Of a stretch of DNA of 64,000 bases, positions 37,766 to 47,848 are shown piece after piece. The stretch covers positions 480,001 through 544,000 of the forward strand of contig CAWBOC010000005.1 of the NCBI GenBank assembly GCA_963790305.1. Reading direction: 5' to 3'. How positions within the stretch are numbered: the stretch's first letter is position 1; every line of letters begins with the position of its first letter. This stretch comes from an uncultured Gemmatimonadaceae bacterium (GTDB lineage Bacteria; Gemmatimonadota; Gemmatimonadetes; Gemmatimonadales; Gemmatimonadaceae). The notes beneath the pieces were generated by a model, which searched no databases, had not been told where the DNA came from, and was given only the letters and a program-made list of their open reading frames with translations. Position numbers and translations under genes: made by a program.

Positions 37766-40700
37766 GGGTGCCTGCTAGGGTTCGCCGCGATCGTCGCGCC
37801 GTCAGCGGTAGCCGAGGCGGGGAGGGAAATTCGGAACGTGGAGCCGATGCCCACGACGCTCTGGGCGGAGAGGGTACCGCCGTGCGACTGCATGATGCCG
37901 TAGCTGACGCTGAGGCCGAGCCCCGTTCCAGTCCCTTCCGGCTTGGTCGTGAAGAAGGGCTCGAAGATGCGCTTCTGTACGTCCGGAGTCATGCCGGTGC
38001 CAGTGTCCCTGACCTCGACGACGACCCTGCTTCCTTCGTTACGCGTGCTGACTCCGAGCTGCCGGATGGGCGTGCTCGCCATCGCGTGCTCGGCGTTCAC
38101 GATGAGATTCAGGAGCACTTGCTGAAGCTGGCGATCGTCGCCGCGCACTCGCGCCAACGCCGGATCGAGCGCGGTCTCGAGCGTGACGCCGGTGGATCGC
38201 ATGCCGTACGAGCGCAACCGGATGGTCTGTTCCACGAGATCGTTCATGTCGACCATCACGCTCCGCGGCCCCGTCTTGCGGGCAAAGGCGAGCAGATCAC
38301 GGATGACGGAGACCGCGCGATCGGCCTCGCGCTTCATGAGGGAGACCGATTCCCGCTGCTCACCCGAGAGATCATCCTCGAGCAGGAGCTGCGCAAAGGC
38401 GCTGATGCCGGTGAGCGGGTTGTTCACCTCGTGCGCTACTCCCGCCACCAGCTCACCGAGCGCAGCCAGCTTCTCGGACTGCCGCAACTGCTCGGCCATC
38501 CGGCGCTCCTCGGTGAGGTCGCGCACGACAATGACGTGGCCGACCCGACGGCGAGTGCCATCGCGAATCGGGCTTACGATGAGCCAGGCGGGGAAGTCGT
38601 TCCCATCTTTCCGGCGGAGCGGCCGCTCGCCAGCCCAGTGGCCGACGTCATCCATCGCGCGGGCGGCGGCGTTGCGGTCCTGCATGCTCCACAGGTGCAC
38701 CTGGAAGGTGCCGACGTGCAGTCCAACCAGATCGTCGGGCGAATACCCGAACTGCGCGGCGGCGGCACCGTTCGCGTACCGAACGATGAGATCGCGCGAC
38801 ACGATGAAGACCGGTTGCTCCATCGCCTCGAGCGCGGTCGCGAGGACGCGCCGGCGCTCCTGCTGATGCCGCTCCTCCTCGCGGAGCTGCAACGTCTCCA
38901 GGGCGAGCGCGAGTGAGTCGGCGAGCCGGCACAGCGTCTCGCGAACGTGCACGGGGAGGCTGGTATCGCGAACGAGCAGCTCACCGCGGGAACGCTCGCC
39001 TGACGAGAGCGTCACTCGGATCGTGCCGACGTCATCCCTGGCCGGCGCGACACCGCGTGTCGCTACCGTCCGACGCATACCGTCGGTCCCAATGACGTCG
39101 AGTGTCATTCCGCTAGTGGGACAGGCACCGGCGACCAGGCTCAGGACCGCATCGGCGCCTGCTTCGAGATCGCTCGCCGCGAGCGCGGCGCGTGCGACCG
39201 CGGCCGCCAGCTGTGCACGCTCCAGCTCCCGGCGCTCGGTCTCGAAGGCGCGGGCGTTGACGATCGCCGTTCCCGCCTGACGAGCGATGAGCATGACGAG
39301 GTCGACGTCATCCCAGTCGTATGCTTGCGGATCGTACGACTGCGCCTGAAGCACGCCGAGCGCCCGATCTCCGTGGAGAATCGGGGCGCTGAGGACGACC
39401 GCCACCTCACCACGGCCTTCCGTGACGTGCACCTGCCCTGACCACCCGGCACGGGAGCGCGCCGCGACGTTGGGCTGCCGGGTCAAGAATGCCTGGGTGG
39501 TATTGCCACTGCCGGGCGGAAAGCGCGGCAGCGTATCCGTCTCGATCGGCTCGGCGTCGTTGACGCAGTACTCCGGGACGAAGACGCCGCCGTCCTCATC
39601 GAAGGAGAGGAGCACGAAGCATGGCGAGTCGACGACGGATGCCACGGCAGAGTAGATCTTCGAGTACACCTCGTCGAGCGATATCGTCTCGGAGATCGCT
39701 CGCTGAACCTGGGCCACGGCCTCGAACCGCGCGGCGCGTCGCTCGAGATCCCCGACCAGCCGCGCGTTCCGAACGGCCAGCGCCACGTGCGTGCCGAAGT
39801 CGGTGAGAAGCTGGCGTTGTTCCGGCTCGAATGTCTGGGCGCGGCAGTACCGCAGCGTCAGTACCCCGCGCGCCCGCCCTTCGATCATCAGCGGCAGCAC
39901 GGCAACGGCGAGAATTCCCGTCTCCAGAAGAGCCGGGACGGTGTGGACGTCGCGCAGGGGCGTCACGTCGCAGGTGAAGACCGGGCGCCCCGAGCGCATC
40001 GCCTCTCCGAGCGGTGTGTTCCAGAACCAGTGCTGCACGGCCCCGGCGACGTCGTGGCCGATACCCTCCTGAAGCGCGACATCGATGTCATCCGACTCCG
40101 CATCAGCGAGGTAGATGCCGACGCCGTCGGCGTGCAATGCCTCGCGCGCAATGCGGGTGATGTCGGCGAACATGGCGTCGGCGGTGACATGCCGAGCCAG
40201 TGCCTGCGCATTGGACGCGAGGATTCTCGCGTGGTGCATCGTGCGGGCGGCGGCACGAAAGAGGCGCGCGTTCTCGATCGCGATGGCACCGTGGCCAGCC
40301 AGGGCGAGCAACAGCTCCTCGTCCCGGTCGTCGAAGCACCGCCCGGGGTCGCCGAGGATCACGATCGCACCGATCGCGCGGTCGGCCACGAGCAGCGGCA
40401 CTCCGATCGCCGTCTGGCGGCCGGGGGGAACGCGCTGCGCGGTCCAGGGCCACGGGGCATCGGAAGCGCCGAGGTCGGCCGTGCGGAGCGGTTTTCGCGC
40501 ACGCACACACGCACCAGCGAACGAGCCATTCAGAGGTATGACGGCATCGAGCAGCGAGTCCTCGGCGCCGTACGTCCCGCTCACCCGAAACGAATCCTCC
40601 TCTGCCATCAGGACTCGTGCGCTGACGCCGCCCACGAGCTCGGCGGCGTATTGGGCGACGAGTGCCAGCACGCGATCGAGCTCGAGTGACTGGTTGATGC

Positions 40701-41142
40701 GTTGAATGACCTCCGTCAGCGCGCGCGCATCGTCCGCACTTCGCTCGGCAGCTTCGCGATGCTGACGGGCGGACTCGTCAGGCGCGCGGGAGTCCAGGTC
40801 GAGCTCGAGGAGAATCGCGTCGTCACCTAACGGCGCGACGGACCGGAGCACGGGACCGGCCTCGTCATCGGCCAGCGGAAGCGCCGGGCCATGGTAGGGA
40901 ATACGGTCGCGCATGACGGCGCGGAGCGCCGAATCGAGCGACGGCGTCCGCAGCGCGGGCAGCCGGTCCCAGAGCGAGGTACCGAGCGCGTCGTGGGTGG
41001 GAATGCCGGTGAGCTTGGCGAGCGCGCGCGTCCATCGAACGATTTCCCACCGCGCATCGACCACGGCGAGCCCGAGACTCAGCGCATCGAGCTCATCGGA
41101 GCCGATGACGGTTGAGGCGCCGTTGCGGGCGGGAGGGACCAT
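37762..41142 (-). CDS. PAS/GAF multi-sensor histidine kinase
   Basis: PAS and GAF repeats; GVAHEVNNPL, QQVLLNLIVNA, DTGTG, FFTTK, GTGLGL. Confidence 0.92.
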   Translation of the reverse strand: MVPPARNGASTVIGSDELDALSLGLAVVDARWEIVRWTRALAKLTGIPTHDALGTSLWDRLPALRTPSLDSALRAVMRDRIPYHGPALPLADDEAGPVLRSVAPLGDDAILLELDLDSRAPDESARQHREAAERSADDARALTEVIQRINQSLELDRVLALVAQYAAELVGGVSARVLMAEEDSFRVSGTYGAEDSLLDAVIPLNGSFAGACVRARKPLRTADLGASDAPWPWTAQRVPPGRQTAIGVPLLVADRAIGAIVILGDPGRCFDDRDEELLLALAGHGAIAIENARLFRAAARTMHHARILASNAQALARHVTADAMFADITRIAREALHADGVGIYLADAESDDIDVALQEGIGHDVAGAVQHWFWNTPLGEAMRSGRPVFTCDVTPLRDVHTVPALLETGILAVAVLPLMIEGRARGVLTLRYCRAQTFEPEQRQLLTDFGTHVALAVRNARLVGDLERRAARFEAVAQVQRAISETISLDEVYSKIYSAVASVVDSPCFVLLSFDEDGGVFVPEYCVNDAEPIETDTLPRFPPGSGNTTQAFLTRQPNVAARSRAGWSGQVHVTEGRGEVAVVLSAPILHGDRALGVLQAQSYDPQAYDWDDVDLVMLIARQAGTAIVNARAFETERRELERAQLAAAVARAALAASDLEAGADAVLSLVAGACPTSGMTLDVIGTDGMRRTVATRGVAPARDDVGTIRVTLSSGERSRGELLVRDTSLPVHVRETLCRLADSLALALETLQLREEERHQQERRRVLATALEAMEQPVFIVSRDLIVRYANGAAAAQFGYSPDDLVGLHVGTFQVHLWSMQDRNAAARAMDDVGHWAGERPLRRKDGNDFPAWLIVSPIRDGTRRRVGHVIVVRDLTEERRMAEQLRQSEKLAALGELVAGVAHEVNNPLTGISAFAQLLLEDDLSGEQRESVSLMKREADRAVSVIRDLLAFARKTGPRSVMVDMNDLVEQTIRLRSYGMRSTGVTLETALDPALARVRGDDRQLQQVLLNLIVNAEHAMASTPIRQLGVSTRNEGSRVVVEVRDTGTGMTPDVQKRIFEPFFTTKPEGTGTGLGLSVSYGIMQSHGGTLSAQSVVGIGSTFRISLPASATADGATIAANPSRHP

Positions 41143-41313
41143 GAAGGCAGACGGCGGGCTCGAAGGGGCGGTCGTGACGCGGCCGGTCGGGCGCTCCGAC
41201 CACCGGAATGAGACGAGCCAGCGGAAAACGGTGTAACGGTTTGCGTCAGCCTAAGATTCGTCTAATCAACAGCTTGAGGTGAAGGTGATGAGGGAGAACG
41301 TGTGACCATTGGG

Positions 41314-42159
41314 TCACCCTCCGACGAACTCCACCTTCACCTCGTGGGGGATGATTCCGGCCTTGTGCCCTTCATTGAGAAGGAGTCGGACGGCGGCGCG
41401 ACCCCGCTCGCCATAATCGAGAGTCCACTCGTTGACGTACATGCCGACGAACGTGTCGGCTCGGCGTGGATCGAGGCCGCGTGCATATTGCATCGCGTGG
41501 TCGAGCGCGTTGCTGCGATGCTCCAGTCCATATGCGATACTGGCGTGTAAGTGGCGCGATATGGTCTCGATAAGTTCGGGTCCAAGGTCCTTCCGGATGA
41601 CGTTGCCTCCCAGTGGGAGAGGCAGCCCGGTCTCCTGGAACCACCACTCCCCCATGTCCGCCAGCAGGTGGAGCCCCCGGTCCTGGAAGGTCAGCTGCCC
41701 CTCGTGGATCAGCAGGCCGGCATCGACCTCGCCCCGCTCGACCACATCCTCGATCTCGTCGAAAGGCGTGGGCACCGGCGCGAAGTCGGGCTGCCAGAGC
41801 TTGAGGGCGAGGTATGCCGTCGTCAGCGTGCCGGGGATGGCGATGCGCGCGCCCGCCAGCGCGTCGCGGGAACGCGGCTCGCGAGCGACAAGTCGAGGCC
41901 CGTAGCCGTCGCCCATCGAGGAGCCGTGTGGGAGCAGCGCATAACGATCGGCCAGATAGGCGTAGGCATGGATGGACACCGCGGTGACCTCGAGCTCACC
42001 GCGCAACGCGCGACGGTTGAGTGTCTCGATGTCCTGAAGCTCGTGCTCGTAGGCGATGCCGTCGGTATCGATCTTCCCGGCTGCGAGCGCGTAGAACATG
42101 AACGCGTCGTCGGAGTCGGGAGAGTGGGCGACGCGAATCACACGGCGCGCGGCGCTCAT
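41314..42159 (-). CDS. mqnD: 1,4-dihydroxy-6-naphthoate synthase (futalosine menaquinone pathway)
   Basis: AHSPDSDDAFMFYAL, DIETLN, LIHEGQLT, PLPLGG, YVNEWT. Confidence 0.9.
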   Translation of the reverse strand: MSAARRVIRVAHSPDSDDAFMFYALAAGKIDTDGIAYEHELQDIETLNRRALRGELEVTAVSIHAYAYLADRYALLPHGSSMGDGYGPRLVAREPRSRDALAGARIAIPGTLTTAYLALKLWQPDFAPVPTPFDEIEDVVERGEVDAGLLIHEGQLTFQDRGLHLLADMGEWWFQETGLPLPLGGNVIRKDLGPELIETISRHLHASIAYGLEHRSNALDHAMQYARGLDPRRADTFVGMYVNEWTLDYGERGRAAVRLLLNEGHKAGIIPHEVKVEFVGG

Positions 42160-42935
42160 CGTGGAACCTCCACGCGCGCCACATCGAGGGCGGCGTCGAT
42201 GTCGGCACGGTGGCGCGTGTACTCGTCGCGATTCCGCCGTCGCTCGGCGGGCTCTGCCGCGATCAGGCGACGTTCGAACGTGGAGGCAGCCGATTCGTTT
42301 CCGGCCAGGCGCGCCGCCCGAATGGCCAGCACGAGTCCGAGCAGATGGTTCGGCTCGGTGCGGAGAATGGTGTCGGCCTGCGACCGCGCAAAGTCAGCGA
42401 GGCCGGCGACTTCCGCGATGCGCCCCATGTCGTAGCGCGCGTCGAGGTCGAGTGGCTGGAGCATTTGGAACGCGGGGATGGCCATCTGCGCAAAGAATTG
42501 AACGCTGTCGGTGCGGCCACGCTCGTGCAGCGCCATGATGCGATCGAACAGGCGGTCAGCGCGTTCACGTGGAGTGAGCTGCGAGATATCGGGAGCGCGC
42601 GCCATGGGCTGGTCGGGAGCGACCCCACCCAACGGCGTTTGAGGGAGCGCGCTGGGCTGACTAAAGCGCTGTGCGGCGACGAGCGCGATGAGGGCAACGA
42701 GCGCGATCGACGCGACAATCCAGGGGATGGCGTTGGTCGCGCGATCGGGTGTCGGTCCTTCGCTCGCGGCGCCGACCGGAGCGCCGCAGTGATGGCAGAA
42801 GCGCGCGCCTGGGGTGAGCGACGACCCGCAGCTTCTACAGGTCGCGCCCTCGAGCGGCGCGCCGCAGTTGGCGCAAAAGCGCCCCTCGGCGGCAGCCCCG
42901 CACGAGGGGCAGATGGTGGTTGTGGGAGCGGCCAT
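42156..42935 (-). CDS. Double zinc-ribbon membrane protein
   Basis: Four CxxC motifs, one TM segment, helical C-terminus. Confidence 0.8.
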   Translation of the reverse strand: MAAPTTTICPSCGAAAEGRFCANCGAPLEGATCRSCGSSLTPGARFCHHCGAPVGAASEGPTPDRATNAIPWIVASIALVALIALVAAQRFSQPSALPQTPLGGVAPDQPMARAPDISQLTPRERADRLFDRIMALHERGRTDSVQFFAQMAIPAFQMLQPLDLDARYDMGRIAEVAGLADFARSQADTILRTEPNHLLGLVLAIRAARLAGNESAASTFERRLIAAEPAERRRNRDEYTRHRADIDAALDVARVEVPR

Positions 42936-43024
42936 GCGGGGAATGTAGTGAAACGAGGTCGCTGGAGAAGCGCCGGAAAAGGCGCTGCACGCTTGGACGA
43001 ATTGCGGCTCGCGCGTTAGGATTC

Positions 43025-43066
43025 CCCCAGCGCTATTCCAGCGCTGATCCAGCGCCTTTCCAGCGC
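43025..43066. promoter_or_regulatory. Four 11-bp-phased direct repeats in a divergent intergenic region
   Basis: CCAGCGC at 43027, 43038, 43049 and 43060. Confidence 0.65.
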
Positions 43067-43075
43067 CCCTTCTCG

Positions 43076-43348
43076 ATGACCGATCCCCAGCTCCGGCTCT
43101 TTCCGGGTGTTGGCTCCAAACGGATGGGCGAGCTACGACGTGGATCCACGTCGTGGGACGTGTTTCTCGAGTGTGAGAGCGACCGCGCGAATAGTCCTAC
43201 GCGCGGTCGCATTCATTTCGTGGCTGGTGGCTGCACGCGCACGAGCGCGTGGATCTTCCTGGAGTGGACCACGCGGGACGTGGAGGAACGCTTCTACGAG
43301 TTTGCCGCTGGGGAGCTCTGGGGGCTCGTCGAGGGGATTGGGGACTGA
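43076..43348 (+). CDS. Hypothetical protein
   Basis: MTDPQLRLFP...RGRIHF...AWIFLEW; followed by a heptamer hairpin. Confidence 0.65.
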   Translation: MTDPQLRLFPGVGSKRMGELRRGSTSWDVFLECESDRANSPTRGRIHFVAGGCTRTSAWIFLEWTTRDVEERFYEFAAGELWGLVEGIGD

Positions 43349-43352
43349 CGAA

Positions 43353-43406
43353 CGCGGAACCTGCGGAATGCGGAACGAGCGAATCCGCATTCCGCATTCC
43401 GTATGC
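43353..43406. repeat. Inverted GAATGCG heptamer hairpin between convergent genes
   Basis: TGCGGAATGCGGA...TCCGCATTCCGCATTCCG. Confidence 0.8.
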
Positions 43407-43407
43407 G

Positions 43408-43851
43408 TCAGCTCGTGTGTCTCCCGCCCGGATCGCTGATCTTCTCGATCGTGCGCTCGGCCTTTTTGTCGTCGCGCGCTTCGCGAACAATGTCGGCCTG
43501 GGCAACGATGCCGACGAGCGCGCCGCGCTCGTCCACGACGGGGATGCGCCGGACCTGCTCCTTGCCCATGAGGTCCATGACCGAATCGACGTCGTCCTCC
43601 TCACGCGCCGTGCGCACGCTGGAGGTCATTGCTTCGCTCACGGGACAGCTCGATGAATCGTGCCCTTCGGCAACATGCCGGATGGCAATGTCGCGGTCGG
43701 TGACAATGCCGACGAGGCGGTCCGACCCGTCGCGGTCGACGACCGGGAGGACGCCGACATCCTCTTCCTTCATGAGCCGCGCCGCCTCACGCACCGATGT
43801 TTCCGGCGTGACGGACTTCGGCTTCCTGGTCATGATATCTTTGGCCTTCAT
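43408..43851 (-). CDS. CBS domain protein
   Basis: DIMT, VGVLPVV, GIVTDRDI, VRRIPVVD. Confidence 0.92.
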   Translation of the reverse strand: MKAKDIMTRKPKSVTPETSVREAARLMKEEDVGVLPVVDRDGSDRLVGIVTDRDIAIRHVAEGHDSSSCPVSEAMTSSVRTAREEDDVDSVMDLMGKEQVRRIPVVDERGALVGIVAQADIVREARDDKKAERTIEKISDPGGRHTS

Positions 43852-43986
43852 GGTACTCGACTCCTAGCTCGGGACAGGGTTGGCAGTCGCAATCCGCTTG
43901 CCAGCGCGTGAGGGAAGACGACGGCTCCTCCCGCTTGACCTGGAACCACTTCCCTCCTCCCGCAGCCACCAAGTACGATACGCCCC

Positions 43987-45351
43987 GTGCCACGACAGAC
44001 GCGCTCCACGCTCCCTGACGTTCGTGGCGCGACCGCCAACGACATTCTGGCGCTCGCGCGCCAGCACCACGTTCGCTTCCTGCGACTACAGTTCACCGAC
44101 ATCCTCGGCATCAACAAGAACGTCGAGGTGCCGTCGTCGCAGTTCGAGAAGGCGCTTGCCGGCGACATCATGTTCGACGGGTCCTCGATCGAGGGGTTCG
44201 TACGGATCGAAGAGTCGGACATGCTCCTCGCACCCGATCTCAACACGTTTCGGGTGTTTCCGTGGGGAGATGCCGAGAGCCGCGTCGCTCGCGTCATCTG
44301 CGACATCAACCTGCCGGATGGGAGTGCCTTTCCGGGCGACCCGCGCGGGGCGCTCAAGCGACAGATCGCACGCGCCGCGCAGATGGGATTCGTCATGAAT
44401 GCCGGTATGGAAGCGGAGTTCTTCCTCTTCAAGCCCGGCACCGCGGGAGAAGCCACGACCACCACGCATGATGTGGGCAGCTACTTCGACCTTGCACCCG
44501 CCGATCTCGGCGAAGACGCCAGGCGCGCGATCGTCGACGTGCTCGAGCAGATGGGATTCGAGGTCGAGGCGGCGCACCACGAGGTCGCGCACGGGCAGCA
44601 CGAAATCGACTTCCGTTACGCGGACGCGATGACGACGGCCGACAACATCGCGACTTTCCGCTTCGTCGTGAAGCACGTGGCGCAGCGATTCGGGCTTTTC
44701 GCGTCGTTCATGCCGAAGCCGATCTTCGGACAGAACGGCAGCGGCATGCACACGCATCAGTCGCTCTTCCGCGACGATGAGAACGCGTTCTGGGATCAGA
44801 AGGCGGAGTGGGAGCTGTCGCGGACGGCGCTGCATTACATTGGCGGCCTCTTGAAGCACGCGCGCGGATTCTGCGCGATCACGAACCCGCTGGTGAACTC
44901 CTACAAGCGGCTGGTGCCGGGCTACGAAGCGCCGGTGAACGTCGCCTGGTCGATGCGAAATCGCTCACCGCTGATCCGAATTCCGGAGCGGCGAGGGCAA
45001 GGCACCCGCGTCGAGCTCCGTATGCCAGACCCCGCCGCGAACCCGTATCTTGCCCTGGCGGTAATGCTCGCTGCCGGACTCGAAGGGATCGAGACCCAGG
45101 CCGATTGGCGCGAGCCGGTGAACGTCAACATCTGGGAGATGTCGCATCGCGAGAAGCGGCGGCTCCGGATCGACGATCTTCCACACGATCTCAACGAGGC
45201 GTGTGATGAGCTCGACAAAGACCGGGCGATTCGTGACGCGCTCGGCGATCACATTACCGAGCACTTTCTCGCCGCGAAGCGCGAGGAGTGGCGCGACTAC
45301 ATCACGCAGGTGTCTCCGTGGGAGCTCGAGAGCTACCTCGCGAAGTACTGA
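43987..45351 (+). CDS. glnA: Glutamine synthetase type I
   Basis: RLQFTDILG, FDGSSIEGF, HHEVA..QHEIDF, FMPKP..GSGMH, NSYKRLVPGYEAP, ELRMPDP. Confidence 0.95.
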   Translation: MPRQTRSTLPDVRGATANDILALARQHHVRFLRLQFTDILGINKNVEVPSSQFEKALAGDIMFDGSSIEGFVRIEESDMLLAPDLNTFRVFPWGDAESRVARVICDINLPDGSAFPGDPRGALKRQIARAAQMGFVMNAGMEAEFFLFKPGTAGEATTTTHDVGSYFDLAPADLGEDARRAIVDVLEQMGFEVEAAHHEVAHGQHEIDFRYADAMTTADNIATFRFVVKHVAQRFGLFASFMPKPIFGQNGSGMHTHQSLFRDDENAFWDQKAEWELSRTALHYIGGLLKHARGFCAITNPLVNSYKRLVPGYEAPVNVAWSMRNRSPLIRIPERRGQGTRVELRMPDPAANPYLALAVMLAAGLEGIETQADWREPVNVNIWEMSHREKRRLRIDDLPHDLNEACDELDKDRAIRDALGDHITEHFLAAKREEWRDYITQVSPWELESYLAKY

Positions 45352-45375
45352 GGTGATCGAAGAGGGGTGCGCGGT

Positions 45376-46614
45376 GTGAGTCTTACCTCCAAGGTGCTGG
45401 TTGGTGTGTTGGTCCTGCTGGTTGGGGGACTCGTCGTCGTGCGCCGAGCGCTCGACCGCGACACCGCATCCGGCGCGACCGCATCGATGGCGCATGCGGG
45501 TCATGGCGCGCAGCATGGCTCGCCGCAGGCGGGCGTGGACTGGACGCGCGTCACCGATCGGGACCTCGACATCGCCGAGCTGTTCGTCACCGCGCGGCGA
45601 CAAGGAGTCGCGGAGGCCCTGCGTAGCCTCGAGTCACTCGCCGCCGCCGACACGGCCTTGTCCAGCATGGGTCACGTCATCGCCCACGCGCTTGGGCGCT
45701 TTGCCGTCGCGCAGCGCGACGGCGATCCTGCCGTGTATGCCGGCTGCCGAGAAGTCTTTCAAGCGGGCTGCAACCACGGCGTCATGGAGGGGTATTTCGC
45801 GTCCCCACGCGCGGCGAATGCGGACGCTGTCAGGCCGCAGGCGCTCGACTCGCTGTGCGCGAAGATTTCGCGGCCGGGGGCGGCACGGCTCGTGTCGCTC
45901 GAATGCGCCCACGGTACGGGACACGGGCTCGTGGCGCGCTATGACGGCGACGTTCGTCAGGCACTTGGGACGTGCGATCATCTGATGCAGCGCGACGCGC
46001 GCGAAGAGTGCCACGACGGCGTTTTCATGGAGAACGCCGTCCGCGGAACGACCTCGGTGGACATGCGCGTCGGTGATGCGGCGGTGCGGACCGCGGGTCG
46101 CCGCCAGCAGCCGCTCGTGCGTCGTGACGATCTCCTGTTTCCGTGCGACGACGTGGATGAAAGGTACCGTGCGTCGTGCTGGAAGTATCAGCCCATCATC
46201 ATCGTGGACGCCGTCCGCGGCGATGAGGCGCGCACGCTGGACGCCTGCACACGCGCGCCGGGCGCGTATCACCCCCAATGCTACTTCGGCGTTGGAAAGC
46301 AGGGCACCGGGTGGTGGGAAGATCAGCGTCGCGTCGCGCAACTCTGCGAGCGGGTACCGTCCGCGCACCGCGGGTCGTGTACCGCCGGGGCAGTGGAATC
46401 GTACCTCGACGAGATGTGGACCGTCGACCGCGCGATGGCGTTCTGCGGTGTCGTGGCCGCCGAAGCGAAGAGCGGCTGCTACCAGGCCATCGGATCGCGC
46501 CTCGCCATCATGCGTACCGACTATCCCACCATCGAAAGCGAGTGCCGGCGCGCAGAGCGCGGCTTCGCGGCTGCCTGCACGAAGGGCGTGGCGCTGGTGT
46601 GGCTCCGGAGCTAA
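45376..46614 (+). CDS. Membrane-anchored Cys/His-rich hypothetical protein
   Basis: N-terminal TM; HVIAHALG, GCNHGVMEG, CAHGTGHG, CHDGVFMEN; many spaced Cys. Confidence 0.8.
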   Translation: MSLTSKVLVGVLVLLVGGLVVVRRALDRDTASGATASMAHAGHGAQHGSPQAGVDWTRVTDRDLDIAELFVTARRQGVAEALRSLESLAAADTALSSMGHVIAHALGRFAVAQRDGDPAVYAGCREVFQAGCNHGVMEGYFASPRAANADAVRPQALDSLCAKISRPGAARLVSLECAHGTGHGLVARYDGDVRQALGTCDHLMQRDAREECHDGVFMENAVRGTTSVDMRVGDAAVRTAGRRQQPLVRRDDLLFPCDDVDERYRASCWKYQPIIIVDAVRGDEARTLDACTRAPGAYHPQCYFGVGKQGTGWWEDQRRVAQLCERVPSAHRGSCTAGAVESYLDEMWTVDRAMAFCGVVAAEAKSGCYQAIGSRLAIMRTDYPTIESECRRAERGFAAACTKGVALVWLRS

Positions 46615-47798
46615 AGATCGACTGACAAAATCGCCCTGAGCCCCAGCGCAGCCATCGCTAACGCGACGAAGATGCCGGCCGCCGTGAGCCATGCGGGGTG
46701 CCGGTAGTCTCCGACGATGCGCACCCGGTACGCCGCGATCAACATCGCCCCGAGCGAGAGGGGGAGAATGAGCCCGTTGATCGCGCCGACCAGCACGAGC
46801 ACGGTCACGGGCCGGCCAATGACCAGGAAGATCGCCGCCGAGATGGCGATGAACGCAATGATGGCGCGGCCCGGGGCGCGATCGATGCGCGGGCTCACCG
46901 ACCGGAGGAACGACACCGAGGTGTACGCCGAGCCGACCACGGAGGTGATCGCCGCCGCCCACATCACGACGCCGAAGATCCGCTGGCCGAGGTCACCGGC
47001 GGCCTGCTGGAACGCGGAGGCGGCCGGGTTGGCGGCATCGAGGGTCGCCCCATGGGCGACGACGCCGAGCGTCGCCAGAAACAGGAGGATCCGCATCAGT
47101 GACGCCACGCCGATGCCTAACGAAGCGGAGCGGGTGACCACACCGAGGGATTCGCGGCCGTGGACGCCGGCGTCGATGAGCCGATGCGCGCCGGCAAAGG
47201 TGATGTAGCCGCCCACGGTGCCACCGACGATCGTCACGATCGAGAGCGGATCGACCTCCAGCGGCGCGAACGTGCGAATGACCGCCTCGCCAAGCGGCGG
47301 TCGCGCGCTGATCACCACGTAGATGGTGAGCGCGATCATGACGAATCCCAGGATCTGCGCGAAGCGATCCATCACGCGTCCTGCCTCACGCGCCATGAAG
47401 AGTCCGATCGCGACGGCCGCGCTCACCGCCGCGCCCGTCTTCACATCGATGCCCGCGAGCGCGTTCAGGCCCAGCCCGGTCCCGGCAATGTTGCCGATGT
47501 TGAAAGCCAGCCCGCCTAACGCCACCAGCGCGGCGAGCAGGTGTCCGAGACCCGGGGCGACGGCGTTCGCGACGTCCTGCGCCCGGCGCCTGGCGACCGC
47601 CAGCACCCGCCAGATATTGAGCTGGGCGCCGAGGTCGAACAGGATCGAGATGAGAATCGCGAAGCCGAAGCTGGCGCCGAGCTGCGCCGTGAACACCGCC
47701 GTCTGCGTGAGGAAGCCGGGTCCGATGGCTGAGGTGGCCATCAGGAACGCGGCTCCGACGGTGGCGGTCGTGATCGCGCCGCGACGAGGATCGGTCAT
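46611..47798 (-). CDS. NRAMP-like (YcsG-type) transporter
   Basis: FLMATSAIGPGFLTQT, GGTVGGYITFAGAHR; many TM segments. Confidence 0.88.
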   Translation of the reverse strand: MTDPRRGAITTATVGAAFLMATSAIGPGFLTQTAVFTAQLGASFGFAILISILFDLGAQLNIWRVLAVARRRAQDVANAVAPGLGHLLAALVALGGLAFNIGNIAGTGLGLNALAGIDVKTGAAVSAAVAIGLFMAREAGRVMDRFAQILGFVMIALTIYVVISARPPLGEAVIRTFAPLEVDPLSIVTIVGGTVGGYITFAGAHRLIDAGVHGRESLGVVTRSASLGIGVASLMRILLFLATLGVVAHGATLDAANPAASAFQQAAGDLGQRIFGVVMWAAAITSVVGSAYTSVSFLRSVSPRIDRAPGRAIIAFIAISAAIFLVIGRPVTVLVLVGAINGLILPLSLGAMLIAAYRVRIVGDYRHPAWLTAAGIFVALAMAALGLRAILSVDL

Positions 47799-47813
47799 GG
47801 CGCCTTATACGAC

Positions 47814-47845
47814 ACGAAGGGCCTTCCGATCGGAAGGCCCTTCGT
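47814..47845. terminator. Perfect 32-bp palindrome after the lipoprotein gene
   Basis: ACGAAGGGCCTTCCGA-TCGGAAGGCCCTTCGT. Confidence 0.7.
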
Positions 47846-47848
47846 CAG

